Below, in pieces: positions 50,104 through 62,290 of a DNA stretch of 64,000 nucleotides; the first letter of the stretch is position 1; each line of letters starts with the position of its first letter. Source of the stretch: Anolis carolinensis (taxonomy: Eukaryota). Below the pieces are notes generated by a model. The model saw nothing but the letters and a program-made list of their open reading frames with translations. It made no database searches and had not been told where the DNA came from. The translations under genes and the position numbers were made by a program. Location: positions 240,080,107 through 240,144,106 of the forward strand of contig NC_085844.1 in assembly GCF_035594765.1 (NCBI RefSeq), in the 5' to 3' direction.

Positions 50104-50600
50104 TAATAATAAAAAAAGGAAACAAAGAAATATACATATAAAATAATATGGTATTCTTGGATCCTGGTATCTTCCTTGAGGTTTCTTCCTTTTCCTTCTT
50201 TCCTCCTCTTAAATTCTTCTCCCTCTCTTCTTTCATAGTCTGTTCAGATGGATGTTTTGTTTCTCTTCATAACAGTATCTTCTTTTTGTTTTGTTTTACA
50301 TATTCCGTAATTTGGTTCCAATCTGTCTCTTTCATTGGGTTCCCCTTGCTTTTTTAAATCAAGAAAGTAAGTCTATCCATATTTCTTATATCCAGATTTT
50401 TTGTCAGCCAGTCAACCTCCTCTGTTATTTCTTTCTTTTTCCATAATCTTGCATAGCAGATTCTTACTGCTGTAGTTAGCAAGAGTAAACATTTGTCTTT
50501 ATTTTTCTCTAATTTTTGTTTGTGTATTCCTAATAGAAATATTTCATTGGTATTTTTACTTCTACTATCTTTTGAGTCTTTTTCTGGATTTTTTTCCAAA
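49905..50600 (-). mobile_element. L1-clade LINE 3' end
   Basis: ORF 50354-50599 (EIFLLG..TTAVRICYARLWKK..MDRLTF) resembles L1 ORF2 C-terminus; poly(T) and TTTATT on plus at the left end. Confidence 0.75.
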
Positions 50601-50779
50601 AGGTCTTTGCTATTGTTTTTATTATATTATGTTTTAACTGCGTTATTAGTTGGTATATTTTGTTGCATGTCCTGGGCTTGGTCCCACTTGCAAGCCACCC
50701 CAAGTCCTTTTGGGGAGATGATGGCGGAATATAAAAATAAAGTTATTATTATTGGTATTATTATTATTAATACTAACAC

Positions 50780-51110
50780 TAATACCTGGTGGTGTAGCGG
50801 TTTAAACCATTGAGCTGCTGAACTTGCTGACTGAAAGGTCGGTGGTTCAAATCCAGGAAGCGGGGTTTGCTCTCGCTGTTAGCCCCAGCTTCTGACAACC
50901 TAGCAGTTTGAAAACTTGCAAATGTGAGTAGATCAATAGGTACCGCTCCGGTGGGAAGGTAATGGCACTCCATGCAGTCATGCCGGCCACATGACCTTGG
51001 AGGTGTCTACGGACAATGCCGGCTCTTCAGCTTAGAAATGGAGATGAGCACCAACCCCCAGAGTCGGACACAACTAGACTTAATGACAGAGAAAACCTTT
51101 ACTTTACCTA
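50780..51110 (+). mobile_element. Sauria SINE, full length
   Basis: head GGTGGTGTAGCGGTTTAAACC to (ACCTTT)-like tail. Confidence 0.9.
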
Positions 51111-52045
51111 TTGTCAGTAATTCTGGGAGCTGAAGTCCAAAATTCCTGGAGGGTCACAGGTTGTACATCGCTGCTCTGCAGAGACATATATCAGTGTTTC
51201 ATTCTGAAAGGACCCGTGGAGAATACTGGAAAGTTCCCATCATTTTCATCATGAAATGGATCAGGGGGGATCTAATTTTACAAAAAGCATTCTAAGACTC
51301 ACAACTTTTTCTGTCCGTGATGTGTGGGAGAGCTTGCAAATGTCAGTTTTGGACTATTTTATTTATTCTGTTTAATTACTTAATTTTTATCCCCTCTTTC
51401 TCCCAAGACAATATTCCAAGCAGCTAATAACTGCTAGTGGTCATGCTGGCTGAGGGATTCCAGGCACTGCATTTTCAAAGTAACTTTTCCCATCTCAGAT
51501 TGTAGGGAGTCTGAGGATTAGAAGAAATGGAAATATAGGAGGAAATAGTAGAAGTGTCTAAAACTGTGCATACCTTTTCGAAAGTAGACAAGGAGAAGCT
51601 TGATTGAAATGGTAACTTTGTTATCCCGGCCAATAAATGACTTTGGGGCAAATTTATGAAAGATAAAGCAAACAATGACTATTGATCATGATGATATATT
51701 TTCCAACATTTCAGAGATGAGAACCAAAATATCTATGACCAAGCAATAGCTGGGCATACTCAAGATGTCAAACTTTATTAATGAATAAGACAACACAATA
51801 GGTTGAAGGAGTTAGTTTTGCCCAAGTTCACTGGCTGGAATACAAACTGCTTTTGATATTGTACTCTAGCTTTCATTTACAACTGATGCTGAGAAGGCTG
51901 GGACACATGGAAAGCCATGTTGCGGCAGTGACCAGAAGTGCCTTTGACTAGCTTCCTTTTCTTGAGGAATGCAGATTGAGCCACAATGGTTCATGCTTTA
52001 GTGACCTCTCTGTTAGATGACCATAAGACTTTATATGGCGATAAA

Positions 52046-52170
52046 TGCCTTTGAAAAGTGTTCAGAAGCTGCAGCTAGTGCAAAATGCAGCTGGCAGACT
52101 CATGTCAGGTGTGGATTTTAGAGACTATATAGCTCCAGTCCTGCAATAACTGCACTGGCTTCCAATCTCA
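52046..52170 (+). mobile_element. L2 RT fragment
   Basis: translates as PLKSVQKLQLVQNAAGRL..APVLQ*LHWLPI. Confidence 0.8.
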
Positions 52171-52347
52171 AGTCAAGGAGTTGGTGTGATTGTGATGAGG
52201 CCCCACTTTTGCCTATTGCAGCCAACATCATGTCCAGGAGGGGTGGGAATGCCAGTTAATTGCTTTCCTGAGTGAGGGGGAAACAAATCCCCGTGGATCA
52301 CAGTTACTGTTTCATGAAAATTGCATGTGTTTGACCACTGTGTAGCC

Positions 52348-52472
52348 CAGGCATGGGCAAACATCAGCCCTTCCGGTGTTTTGGACTTCAACTCCCACAA
52401 TTCCTAACACTGTTAGGAATTTTGGGAGTTCAAGTCCAAAACACCTGGAGGGCCAAAGTTTGCCCATGCCTG
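52348..52472. mobile_element. hAT MITE
   Basis: TIR CAGGCATGGGCAAAC; perfect 8-bp TSD GTGTAGCC. Confidence 0.92.
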
Positions 52473-53457
52473 GTGTAGCCACTTTACTAGGGTAGTTACA
52501 CCTTCATAACTCTCCAACAGGATTCTGGCCCTTTTAATGAATACATAAATAAATAAATGTTCCTTGCTGTTGGTATTATTCTCAGTTTTATTAAATCCTG
52601 TCTCTAGTCACTATTTTAATTAGTTGAAGCATACAAAGATAGACAGACAGACAGACAATACACCACCCAGAAACGCTATTAATAGTAATCAATCAATCAG
52701 AAAAGTGAATCAGCCTAGTCTCTGTCTCATGCTTCACCCACCCATCACACTCACTGGCATTTGAACAACGCAGCCCAAATTCACAACGCCTGGCTCTCTG
52801 CCCTTATTTACCCTCCCGGAGAATTTGTTCCTTCTGTCTTCCCAAATAAGCATTGCAGCCTGTTTTCTTCAGACAGCCCCACATTTTTGGATCTTCCCCT
52901 CCTCCCTGGTCTCTACTCAATGCACAACTAATGCATTTTTTATACGAGGGAAGTTCACTGAAGGCACCGTACACAAGAAAATTAGCAAAGTGCTGACAGG
53001 ACCCAAACAAAAGCACTCTAGTTTTTAAGATATGGCTAACTCATGTGTTGTTCTCAGTGACAGATTTATCACGTTGCCATTTGCGTGGGTTTGGAATTTT
53101 GTTTTGAACTGGACTCATGCCATCTGTGCTGATTCTGTCACTGTTTGGCACCCAAACACTGGGAGAGGAGGAGGAGGAGGCATTTACAACCATCTTACTT
53201 ATCCAAACAACCATCACTATTATCATCAACCTAGGGGGCTAGCAGCACTGAGGCTTGTGATTCCCCACCACCACCACAATCTCTGGGTCATCCTTGAACT
53301 AGAAGCCTCTGCAAAAAAACATCCACAGCTGATGAAATAGAAGTATCTCTGAAAAGTTCTCCAGGTCAGGCACCTTTGGGTCAGAGTATGCAGGAACTAC
53401 ATTTTGCACTTTTGCCCCAGCAAACCCTGGTGATGAATGGTGTGTGTCTTGACTTAC

Positions 53458-53591
53458 CTAGAAGAGCCTCCTCAGATTAGGAAAGAGAAAAGTCATGCTC
53501 GGAGGATGTTCCCCCACTATAACCAGAGTGAACTGGTGGCCTGGTTGTGAAAGGAACAGAGGCAGGTTCATCCTGGGCAGCACCTGCAGAT
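53458..53591 (-). other. Candidate non-coding (5' UTR) exon, 134 bp, with a 37-aa uORF
   Basis: acceptor CCTCCTTTTTCCTCTTCCAG, consensus donor TAG|GTAAGT; no frame open throughout. Confidence 0.55.
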
Positions 53592-54167
53592 CTGGAAGAG
53601 GAAAAAGGAGGTGCTACACCCTGCCACATGTCAACAGCTCAAAAGTACAATTTGCCAGACTAATGAGTCCAAGTTGAGCTAATATACTATTGGCTATAAA
53701 TCAGCTCAGCCATTCTGGTGCTGTGGATAGCAGGGTCAACTCTCTCTGATAACACTGTGTGATATACATGGCTTCATGTATTTGGACTAGTCTCTCAGTC
53801 AATTCCTTTCTTGGTTTTGAACTTCTCAGGAGTGGTTGTTTCATTTGACTTTAGACATGGGCACATCTTGGGACTAGCCATGCCTTCCCTGGGTCAGTTT
53901 TTGTGGATGGTGAGTGCTTTTGGGTGCTTGCCCTCTGTACAACCAGACATGGTGCCCCATGGGCTAGTTCTAACATACAAATAACATATTACTCACTTGA
54001 CTCAGATTAGGACTTTCTTCAACACCATCCTTCATTAATGTCTCCATTCTAGTGGATTTGGATACTGCTGAAATTCTTCCTGCCTTCATCATCCCACCAT
54101 TGCCAAAAGTATTGGAGGGCATATCAATATACTTTTGCATGTACAGCTAAAGACAATCTAAAGTAAT

Positions 54168-54605
54168 ATTGTGTTGTCGAAGGGTTTCATTGCCAGAATA
54201 ACTGGTTTGCTGTAAGTTTTTTGGGCTGGATAGTCATGTCCTGCCAGAATCAAGACAGTAAATAAAGAACACCACTCAGAAACAGGGGAATTCCAGTCAG
54301 CAAACAATCAAGTTAACTCCTCCCAAACAAAGGATGTCCGCAGGCAGTAACAGCCAGACTTTGCAGTTGCAAAGCTACTCAATGCTAATCAAGCTGGCTA
54401 ATTGCAACAATCACACTTGCTTCAAACAGACAAGAGTTCTTTCTCCCACCCTGGACATTCAACAGATATATATATATACACCCCACTTGCCTCATTCCCA
54501 CAGACATCTGAACAAACCTCTGAGATTGCCTGCCATAGATGCAGATGAAACATCAGGAGAGAATGCTACTGGAACATGGCCAAACAACCCAAAAAACTCA
54601 CAGCC
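54168..54605 (+). mobile_element. Penelope-like element with inverted terminal segment
   Basis: minus-oriented end 54168-54240 abuts a plus-oriented body. Confidence 0.8.
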
Positions 54606-55159
54606 TAAAGAAATACTTCTCAAACTTTGGTCCACCAAATGTTTTGGATTTCAGAAGTTTTCCTGACTACTGGCCACTGTGACTATGGTTTCTGGAGGTC
54701 TAAAGCATTTGAGGAACAAACATTTGAAAACTAATGGTCTAGAGAAAGTTGACTTCTTGTTGAGATATAATGAGGGAGATGCCTAAATAGGATGCTCCAT
54801 GGTTAGCACAAATATTAACAGCTGGTGTGCCTGCACATGTTGTGCTGCCTGTGTTTGATTCAAGCCTGGACCACAGTGCTGGGAAAAGAGTTGTGAACTC
54901 TCTGTAAGGTACCATTTTCTGAATGAAAATTACTTCTTGGATCTCTGATTTACTTCAGAAAACAAAACATGTCTGTTTTGCCTACAGAAAAATGATCAGC
55001 TTTATAGGCTAATATTTCAGGGCTAGTCACATTCTGAGGTCTATACTTTTGGTCCCAACTCTCTGGAGAAGAATCCTAGACATCTTTGAAAAACAAACCG
55101 TAGAACAGGGTTGTTGTATGTTTTCCGGGCTGTATGGCCATGTTCTAGAAGTATTCTCT

Positions 55160-55200
55160 CCTGACGTTTCGCCCACATCTATGGCAGGCATCCTCAGAGG
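55160..55200 (-). ncRNA. Minimal type I hammerhead ribozyme motif of Penelope
   Basis: CCU-CUGAGGA-U-GCCUGC-cauagau-GUGGGC-GAAA-CGUC-AGG; all core nucleotides present, palindromic ACGU helix III. Confidence 0.75.
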
Positions 55201-55298
55201 TTGTGAGGTATGGAGAAACTAAGCAAGGAAGGTTTATATATATCTGTGGAAAGTCCAGGGTGAGAAAAGAACTCTTTGTCAGTTGGAGGCCAGTGTGA

Positions 55299-55617
55299 AA
55301 GGTAAAGGTTTCCCCTGACGTTAAGTCCAGTCATGTCTGACTCTGGGGGTTAGTGCTCATCTCCATTTCTAATCCGAAGAGCCGACGTTGTCCATAGACA
55401 CCTCCAAGGTCATGTGGCCGGCATTACTGCATGGAGCGCTGTTACCTTCCCGCCGGAGCGGTACCTATTGATCTACTCACATTTGCATGTTTTTGAACTG
55501 CTAAGTTGGCAGGAGCTGGAGCTAACAGCGGGCGCTCAAATTGCTCCCGGGATTTGAACCTGGGACCTTTCGGTCTGCAAGTTCAGCAGCTCAGCGCTTT
55601 AATGCACTTCGCTACCG
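55299..55617 (-). mobile_element. Sauria SINE
   Basis: family match. Confidence 0.9.
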
Positions 55618-58171
55618 AAGAATAGCTTCATCTCCCAGCTTCTTCCTGCCTGGGGGCATCCTTTGTTCAGAGTTTTTAGCTGCCCCTGGTTCCCATATCT
55701 GGAACTTCTCTGTTTTCAGGGTGTTGCTTCTTATTTACTGTTCTGATTTTTGAGTTTTTTAATACTGGTAGCCAGATTTTGTTTGACAACACAAACTATA
55801 GAACCTATAAAGTTAGAAGAGAGCACATAAGTTGACCACCACAGAGGTGCACATCACTTGAACAATGTCATTTCATTGCAGAATTGCAGCATTGCACAAC
55901 CAATTGCACATTGAAGCACAACCAGGAGCAGCCATGAAACCAAGGTATAATGCATGACAATATAAAATGTGCGACAGCATCATCGACATAACTGCTTCCA
56001 TAACATTCAGCTGGATATCGTTGTTATACATTTGTAAAAAAAAAAAAAATCGCTGTGTGCATAAAGAAATGTATACATGCATAAAACACTAACAGGATAG
56101 TATTCATACTGTTTTGATTCTGAGCTAGGTGATTTGATAGTTGGTCATGCCTGTTGGTGCCTTTCTGAATGATGATTTGTCACCAATATCTAAAATAATT
56201 GAAATGGAAGAATCTGCAAAGCCTGATGTAGTGTTGAGCAAGCTGTGTTGATTCTGTCACTACTTGGCATCCAAACACAGGAACTGGAGGAAGAATAAAG
56301 GGAATGTAGTGGGCAAAAAGTGTCCAGTTTAACCACTGGCCTTTTTGATCTGAAAGGTGAAGTAGCAGGTGATATGAAAGAGCTCTGCTATAGATAACTG
56401 CTGCCAATCGGACTACGCGAGGAATGGGAATCATATGGTTCTCCAGGTGTTGTTGAACTGAGTTTCATCATTTCTCTCCAGCATAGCTAATGGTGAGGAA
56501 GTTTCAGTCCAACAACATTTGGAGAGCCACATGATTTTCATTCCTGAACTAAACAGAACAGTACAGGATAAACAAAGCAGCTTCCTAGATTTCCTATGAA
56601 CTCTCCTTAGTCCTGAAACATTGTAATGTAGTTTAACCAAGCTACGGACAAGCCATTAGCACTGTTCAAAGCCTGTGACTGTTTCTTCTTTCTCATTTGT
56701 GAAAATATCTAGCATAAGCCATTCTAGAAACTACAGCAAAGCTGAAATCTTGTGACCATTTATCTTAAGTAAGTCTCATTGAATTTAATGGATTTGACTA
56801 AAATTAATGGAGCTGATATCCAAGTCAAAAAAGATAAGATTGGTCAGCATTCCAATAAAACTATACATTAAAAGCTCGATAAAATCTCAGCTATTTCATT
56901 GATTATACTGGTAGTAAAATTAAGCCCTACTGGGTCGAATCAAAAAGTAGTGACCAGATGGATGCCCTTTGGGAGCTCACAAGCAAAGCTTGAAAGACAT
57001 AGCCCTTTGCCACCCTGGCCCTGACATGCAATGTTTACTGCCCATGTGAAGAAATTGCTGTCACTTTTCTACAACTTGCACTGGATATAGAAACTTCCAC
57101 AAGTGTAAAGGGAAGAGAGTCATGCATAGCAAAAAGATTAAAATTTTGAATCTCTTCCTTGTCAAAGTAAGAAGGGCTTGAACAACATTTTAAGAAATCT
57201 GAAAGTGTAGCTAAGATGATAGCAGATGCATTCACAATGCACATCAGAAAGAAGCTCAGCTACTCTGTGGAATTCAGGTTGCTCATTGACAGCACTGGTT
57301 ATCCAAGCTTTCGCAGTAATCGTCCAAGCCACTTACATACTCTAGCTTCTTCCTAGGCTGTTAAGAAACCCCAAAGGGAAAAAGGACACAGAATAACAAG
57401 AGCTATTAAAGAGAGAGAGAGAAATAGAGAATGCAGCCTTTATGGATAATTCATTGTTTTTGCTTCAGGATTTGAGGGGAAAGAGGTGACCTGTGTCTTC
57501 ATGGCTGAATCTCTATGGGCTGCTTTTCATGCTGTTTGTGCTCCGTCGTACACATGCCTAAGAATAAAATCCCCATATTCACATCAAATATGAATGCTGC
57601 ATACATGGATTACTTGCAGCTTTCTTCCCGTTCTGTCGGTATTTGAGGATAAGAAGTTGGCAGCCTTCAATGAAGTCAAATCAAGGGAAGAGAAGTCTAG
57701 TCATGGTGATCAGGGTTAGATCAAGGAACAGGAAGTCCAGACAAGTTTGATGAAAAGAAATTCTGACACAATCAGCAAGGTCTCAACAAGAGAAGTCAAG
57801 GCAAAAGTCCCTTTACGGAGCAAGTAATTATAAACACAGCTTGGACAGCTCTAAAAGAGCTCTGGTGGCTGGAGTTCACTCCAAGAAGGATACTAATAGG
57901 AAGTTGTTGTCTTAGTTGAAAGTTTGTGGAAGCTCACAAGACCTACAGTTAACTAGAAAACCTTATAAGACTTGGATATAGATTAACTGGCAGCCCTTAC
58001 CTCCCTATATGACTTTGAGATCCTCTAGAAGAGCCATTGTCTCAGTCCCACCAGGAGGAAAGGAGGCGGAGCAGGAAAAAGTGTTTTTAAGAGTAGTGAC
58101 CCAACATACCCCAGCCATCCCATGATGTTTCCTGTATTCTTCCCACTTTTCTCTGCTTCCTGTTGCTTTAA

Positions 58172-58174
58172 CTA

Positions 58175-58225
<51 letters not shown>
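58172..58225. repeat. (TAA)n tract, 5' flank of Dong
   Basis: direct reading. Confidence 0.95.
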
Positions 58226-59258
58226 CAGGGGGGCAGAGGACTCTTACAAGTAAAACAAGCAGTCAAAGAAGAAGAACATGCCCTGGCAGAATATGTCAAG
58301 CAAAGTGAAGAACTTGCTTTGATTGAAGTCAAAAATCAGAAACTCCTCAAAACACAGCAGACAAAAAACCAGTACAAGAAAACCGCACTACAAACTAGAG
58401 CTGACAGCTGGCACAACAAAACACTGCATGGAAAGTTCCTTGACAAAATTGAAGGAAAAGCTGATAAGGAGAAGACCTGGCTCTGGCTCACAAATGGGAC
58501 CCTGAAGAAGGAGACAGAAGGCCTGATCCTTGCAGCCCAGGAGCAAGCCATCAGAACAAATGCAATTAAGGCCAAGATTGAAAAATCAGCTGATGACCCA
58601 AAATGCAGACTGTGCAAGGAAACCGACGAAACCATTGATCATATCCTCAGCTGCTGTAAGAAAATCTCACAGACAGACTACAAACAGAGGCACAACTATG
58701 TGGCCCAAATGATTCATTGGAACTTATGCCTCAAGTACCACCTCCCAGCAGCAAAGAACTGGTGGGATCACAAACCTTCAAAAGTATTGGAAAATGAGCA
58801 CGCAAAGATACTGTGGGACTTCCGAATCCAAACTGACAAAGTTCTGGAACACAACACACCAGACATCACAGTTGTGGAAAAGAACAATGTTTGGATCATT
58901 GATGTTGCCATCCCAGGTGACAGTCGCATAGATGAAAAACAACAGGAAAAACTCAGCCACTATCAGGACCTCAAGACTGAACTTCAAAGACTCTGGCAGA
59001 AACCAGTGCAGGTCGTCCCAGTGGTGATGGGCACACTGGGTGCTGTGCCAAAAGATCTCAGCCGGCATTTGGAAACAATAGACATTGACAAAATCACCAT
59101 CTGCCAACTGCAAAAGGCCACCCTACTGGGATCTGCACACATCATCAGAAAATACATCACACAGTCCTAGACACTTGGGAAGTGTTCGACTTGTGGTTTT
59201 GCGAAATGAAATCCAGCATATCTATCTTGTTTGCTGTGCCATACAATGTCGTTGTGTT
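58226..59258 (+). mobile_element. R4/Dong-clade non-LTR retrotransposon, 5'-truncated
   Basis: flanked by (TAA)n on both sides; open frame from 58226 (GGRGL RT-thumb motif) to the stop at 59170; short 3' UTR. Confidence 0.92.
58319..59170 (+). CDS. C-terminal fragment of R4/Dong ORF: CCHC zinc knuckle and restriction-like endonuclease
   Basis: CRLCKETDETIDHILSCC, RHN, PDITV..IIDVAIP..EKLSHY (PD-D/ExK type); no stops; start is an artefact of truncation. Confidence 0.85.
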   Translation: MIEVKNQKLLKTQQTKNQYKKTALQTRADSWHNKTLHGKFLDKIEGKADKEKTWLWLTNGTLKKETEGLILAAQEQAIRTNAIKAKIEKSADDPKCRLCKETDETIDHILSCCKKISQTDYKQRHNYVAQMIHWNLCLKYHLPAAKNWWDHKPSKVLENEHAKILWDFRIQTDKVLEHNTPDITVVEKNNVWIIDVAIPGDSRIDEKQQEKLSHYQDLKTELQRLWQKPVQVVPVVMGTLGAVPKDLSRHLETIDIDKITICQLQKATLLGSAHIIRKYITQS

Positions 59259-59261
59259 GAT

Positions 59262-59790
59262 AATAATAATAATAATAACTTTATTTTATATCCCGCCCCA
59301 TCTCCCTGGAGGGACTTGGAGCGGCTTACATGGGGCCATGCCCGACAACAATACAATAGCAGCAATAAAACAATAAAACAAAGATCGACAATAAAACAAT
59401 GTCGCATCAATAAAAACATAACATCAGTAAACAGTTATAAAAGTCAGCATACAGCATAAAATGGTTAAAAAACAGGAGGCTAAAAACACGGATCTGGGCC
59501 AAGGGCAGAAAACTTCAACATGGTAGAGGTAGTTTCACAGTTAAAAATCAATAAAGTGCGAGATAATCATGGCCAGGCAACCTATTATTAGATGGGCAGA
59601 TAAATCGACTCTCCAATAATTAATCCTCGAAGGCTTTTTGGAAGAGCCTGGTCTTAAGGCTCTTCCAAAAGGAGAGTAGGGTAGGGGCCTGCCTGATCTC
59701 CCTAGGGAGGGAGTTCCAAAGCCAAGGGGCCACGACAGAGAAGGCCCTCTCTCTCATCCCCACCAGCTATGACTGCGAAGGTGGTGGAAG
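59262..59790 (-). mobile_element. L2 LINE 3' end whose tail is the Dong target
   Basis: (TAA)n-CTTTATTTTATATCCCGCCCCATCTCCC is the reverse of the L2 tail at 44340-44408; RT end GGGAGTTCCA..GAGAAGGCCC. Confidence 0.8.
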
Positions 59791-61164
59791 CATGCTGGCA
59801 AGACGGATTTTAATACACAGTCACCAGAAGTGCTATGGCCTCCATTTTGCCAATGTATGAAGAAGTTGAGTAAATGGGGAGAATTAGAGTAGGATAAGAT
59901 CCTTTAATATGATGCTTGGGGACACAAGGTAGGCCTTTTTGGTGGCTACCTCTAGGCTCTAGAACACTCTTCTCCAGATGCAGGTGCCCATTGCACCCAC
60001 CAAACTCTATCAAGTCCGCATTCCAGATGGTCCTGTTTTCTGGTACGGACCGAAGAGAGAAGATGAGAATCATAATCCAGTATCTCTGGAAGGCCCTGCA
60101 ATGCGTAAAGCTGTCCTTCAAATCTCAGACCAGCAGGGAGCATCTAGAAACTTCTACTCAAAACAATCCTTTCTCCTTCTTCCATCTCTTCATTCAGCTA
60201 GTTGCACTTAAGAGGAATGTTATCTTGCCTCTAGTTCTTTCTTTATGTCCTGTGTCACATTATTGTGCTCTAATCCACATGAACAAAGGGCATTGGGCTA
60301 AATACCAAGAACAATATGCAAGATTGAGGATGAGTCAAGGGACCCAAAAGAGAGAGGAAGTTTAGAAAGAGTCCCAGGCTGAAAGGAAATCTGACAAGAA
60401 CGTCTTACGGCTTAATAGGCACACATCAGGAGGAAGGCATCAAAGCCAAAAAGAAGGCAGAAAAAGGGAAAGTGGTTTTCAAAAATGCCAACAATGAGAA
60501 TGTATTCCAACTGAACCAGTTTCGGATCAGTAGGAATGTTCTTCAGGGACAATAATTTAAATTCTGAAAACAGACTAAACAGCTCCCAGATATTATGACC
60601 ATGCTTCTTGCACCATCGGGAAAATGGCATGTGAAGAAAAAAAATCTTTCTTATATCACTAACCAATCCCAAACACACTGGATTGTAATATATAGTTGGC
60701 ACTTTGGAGAATCAATTTCTCTTTTTACATTTTTTAAGGTTGCATGAACATTAACTGATTTCTTTTGAGACTGAGAAAGGCAAGGCATTTTACATTTTTC
60801 TCTCTTCTTGTAACAGTCAACTTCCCTGGTGATCTTTTGATGCTTGTCCAGTTCTCTGCTACTGGACAGAATATTTTTGTTACTTCCACTGCTTCTCAGG
60901 GGCTACTTCAAGGGGGGCAAAATGAGGGCAATGCCCCCAATTGCTGCCTCAATAAAATATCCTTTGTTCCCAAAAGTCTAGCATTGAAATAACAAAAATT
61001 TCCAGTTGAACATTTAGAAATATAGGTTCTTTGTTTTCAAAAAAAGGGGCAGGCAAAGGTACCAAGGGAATGTGAACCCAACAGATGTAAGAATTCTAGG
61101 TCTGCATAATTTTCAGTGTCACACTTTCTCCAATGCTAGATATTTGGAGTGAGAAGGAAAATGT

Positions 61165-61325
61165 CATTGTTGTAGTAAGCTGCCGTCAATTTGGCTTCAG
61201 CATGCAGCTGTCTTGTGAATGAGAGACATCCAAAATAGCCTATCATTGGCAGCCCTATTCAGGTCCTGTAAGCTCAGGGCTGTGGCATCCTTGCTTGTAT
61301 CCATCCATTTGTAATGCAGACTCTC
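61165..61325 (-). mobile_element. Old RTE/BovB-like 3' fragment
   Basis: CAGGTCCTGTAAGCTCAGGGCTGTGGCATCCTTG..TCCATCCAT. Confidence 0.55.
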
Positions 61326-61524
61326 TTTTTTTCTGCACAATGTTATTTCCTTTTTAGAGAAAGAAACAACATTGTGAAATACAGACCTGATTAATCAAGT
61401 TTCCTGTTCTTCATCTCAAAACTTCAGTATGAAATTTCACCAGAGATATTGAACATGTTTGGAGATGTCCTGGTTCAGAGATGCCTTGAAGTTTCCCCAC
61501 TCTTTTGCCTTGTCTCATATATTT

Positions 61525-61612
61525 GGGGGTGCTTTCCTTGTCCTTTTCCTGCATGGCAGAGGATGGGACTGGATGGCCTGTGTGGTCTCTTCCAACTCAA
61601 TTCCTCTATGCA
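61525..61612 (+). mobile_element. CR1 tail fragment
   Basis: TTTTCCTGCATGGCAG..GGACTGGATGGCC..TCTCTTCCAACTC. Confidence 0.7.
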
Positions 61613-61914
61613 TCTCTTTCCTGTCTCTACATTCCTACCTTTAACCATAAATATATCAGGATTAACATTTCCTTCTAAAAATGTTGGTGTTTGGTGTCAC
61701 CAATATGTCATTGACACTAATCTCTATCTCTCCTTCTCATCTTAACTCCAAGGAAGCTGTTTTAGTGCTAAATCAGTATCTCTTGTCAGGAATAGACCAG
61801 ATAAGAGTGAACAAACTGAAGTTTAATCCAGACAAGGCAGAGGTGCCCCTGGGCAGTTAGAAGACAGAAGATGGAAAAGGGATTCAGTCTGTGCCGGGAA
61901 AGGTTACAGTCTTG

Positions 61915-62290
61915 GGGCCCTTCTACACAGCCATATAATCCAGAATATCCAGGCAGATAATCCGCAATATCTGCTTGAACTGGGTTATCTTAGTCCACAG
62001 TGCCATATAACCCAGTCCAAAGCAGATAAAGGTAAAAGTTAAGGCACCTCTGAGGTCATGTGACTGGCATGACTGCATAGAGCGCTGTTACCTTCCCACT
62101 GGAGCGGTACCTATTGATCTACTCACATTTTTGTTTTCGAACTGCTAAGTTGGCAGAAGCTGGGGTTAACAGCGAGAGCTCACCCCGCTCCCCAAATTCG
62201 AACTGCCGACCTTTCAGTCAGCAAGTTCAGCAGCTCAGCGGTTAACCTGCTGTGCCACCAGGGGCTCCCTCAAAGCAGATAATGTGGATC
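61915..62290. mobile_element. Harbinger MITE with nested, internally deleted Sauria SINE (62028-62268, minus)
   Basis: CTACACAGCCATATAATCCAG family; SINE flanked by TSD CAAAGCAGATAA. Confidence 0.8.

Larger units (their letters stand above)
49694..51173. mobile_element. hAT MITE split by nested L2, L1 and Sauria insertions
   Basis: TIR CAGTGGTACACAGCCTGTGGCCCTC / GAGGGTCACAGGTTGTACATCGCTG; near-TSD CTCAACAG/CTCTGCAG. Confidence 0.65.
55108..55783 (-). mobile_element. Penelope-like element, young, interrupted by a Sauria SINE
   Basis: GGGTTGTTGTATGTTTTCCGGGCTGTATGGCC...GGTAGCCAGATTTTG. Confidence 0.85.

Noticed and set aside
57634-58106. Third solo LTR (TG...CA, minus-like composition)
   Set aside because: Flanks (CGTTC / TACCC) do not form a TSD; boundaries unsupported.
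58319-59170. Domesticated host gene
   Set aside because: No ATG at the predicted start, begins abruptly at the TAA tract, and keeps the element 3' UTR; best read as a young truncated insertion.
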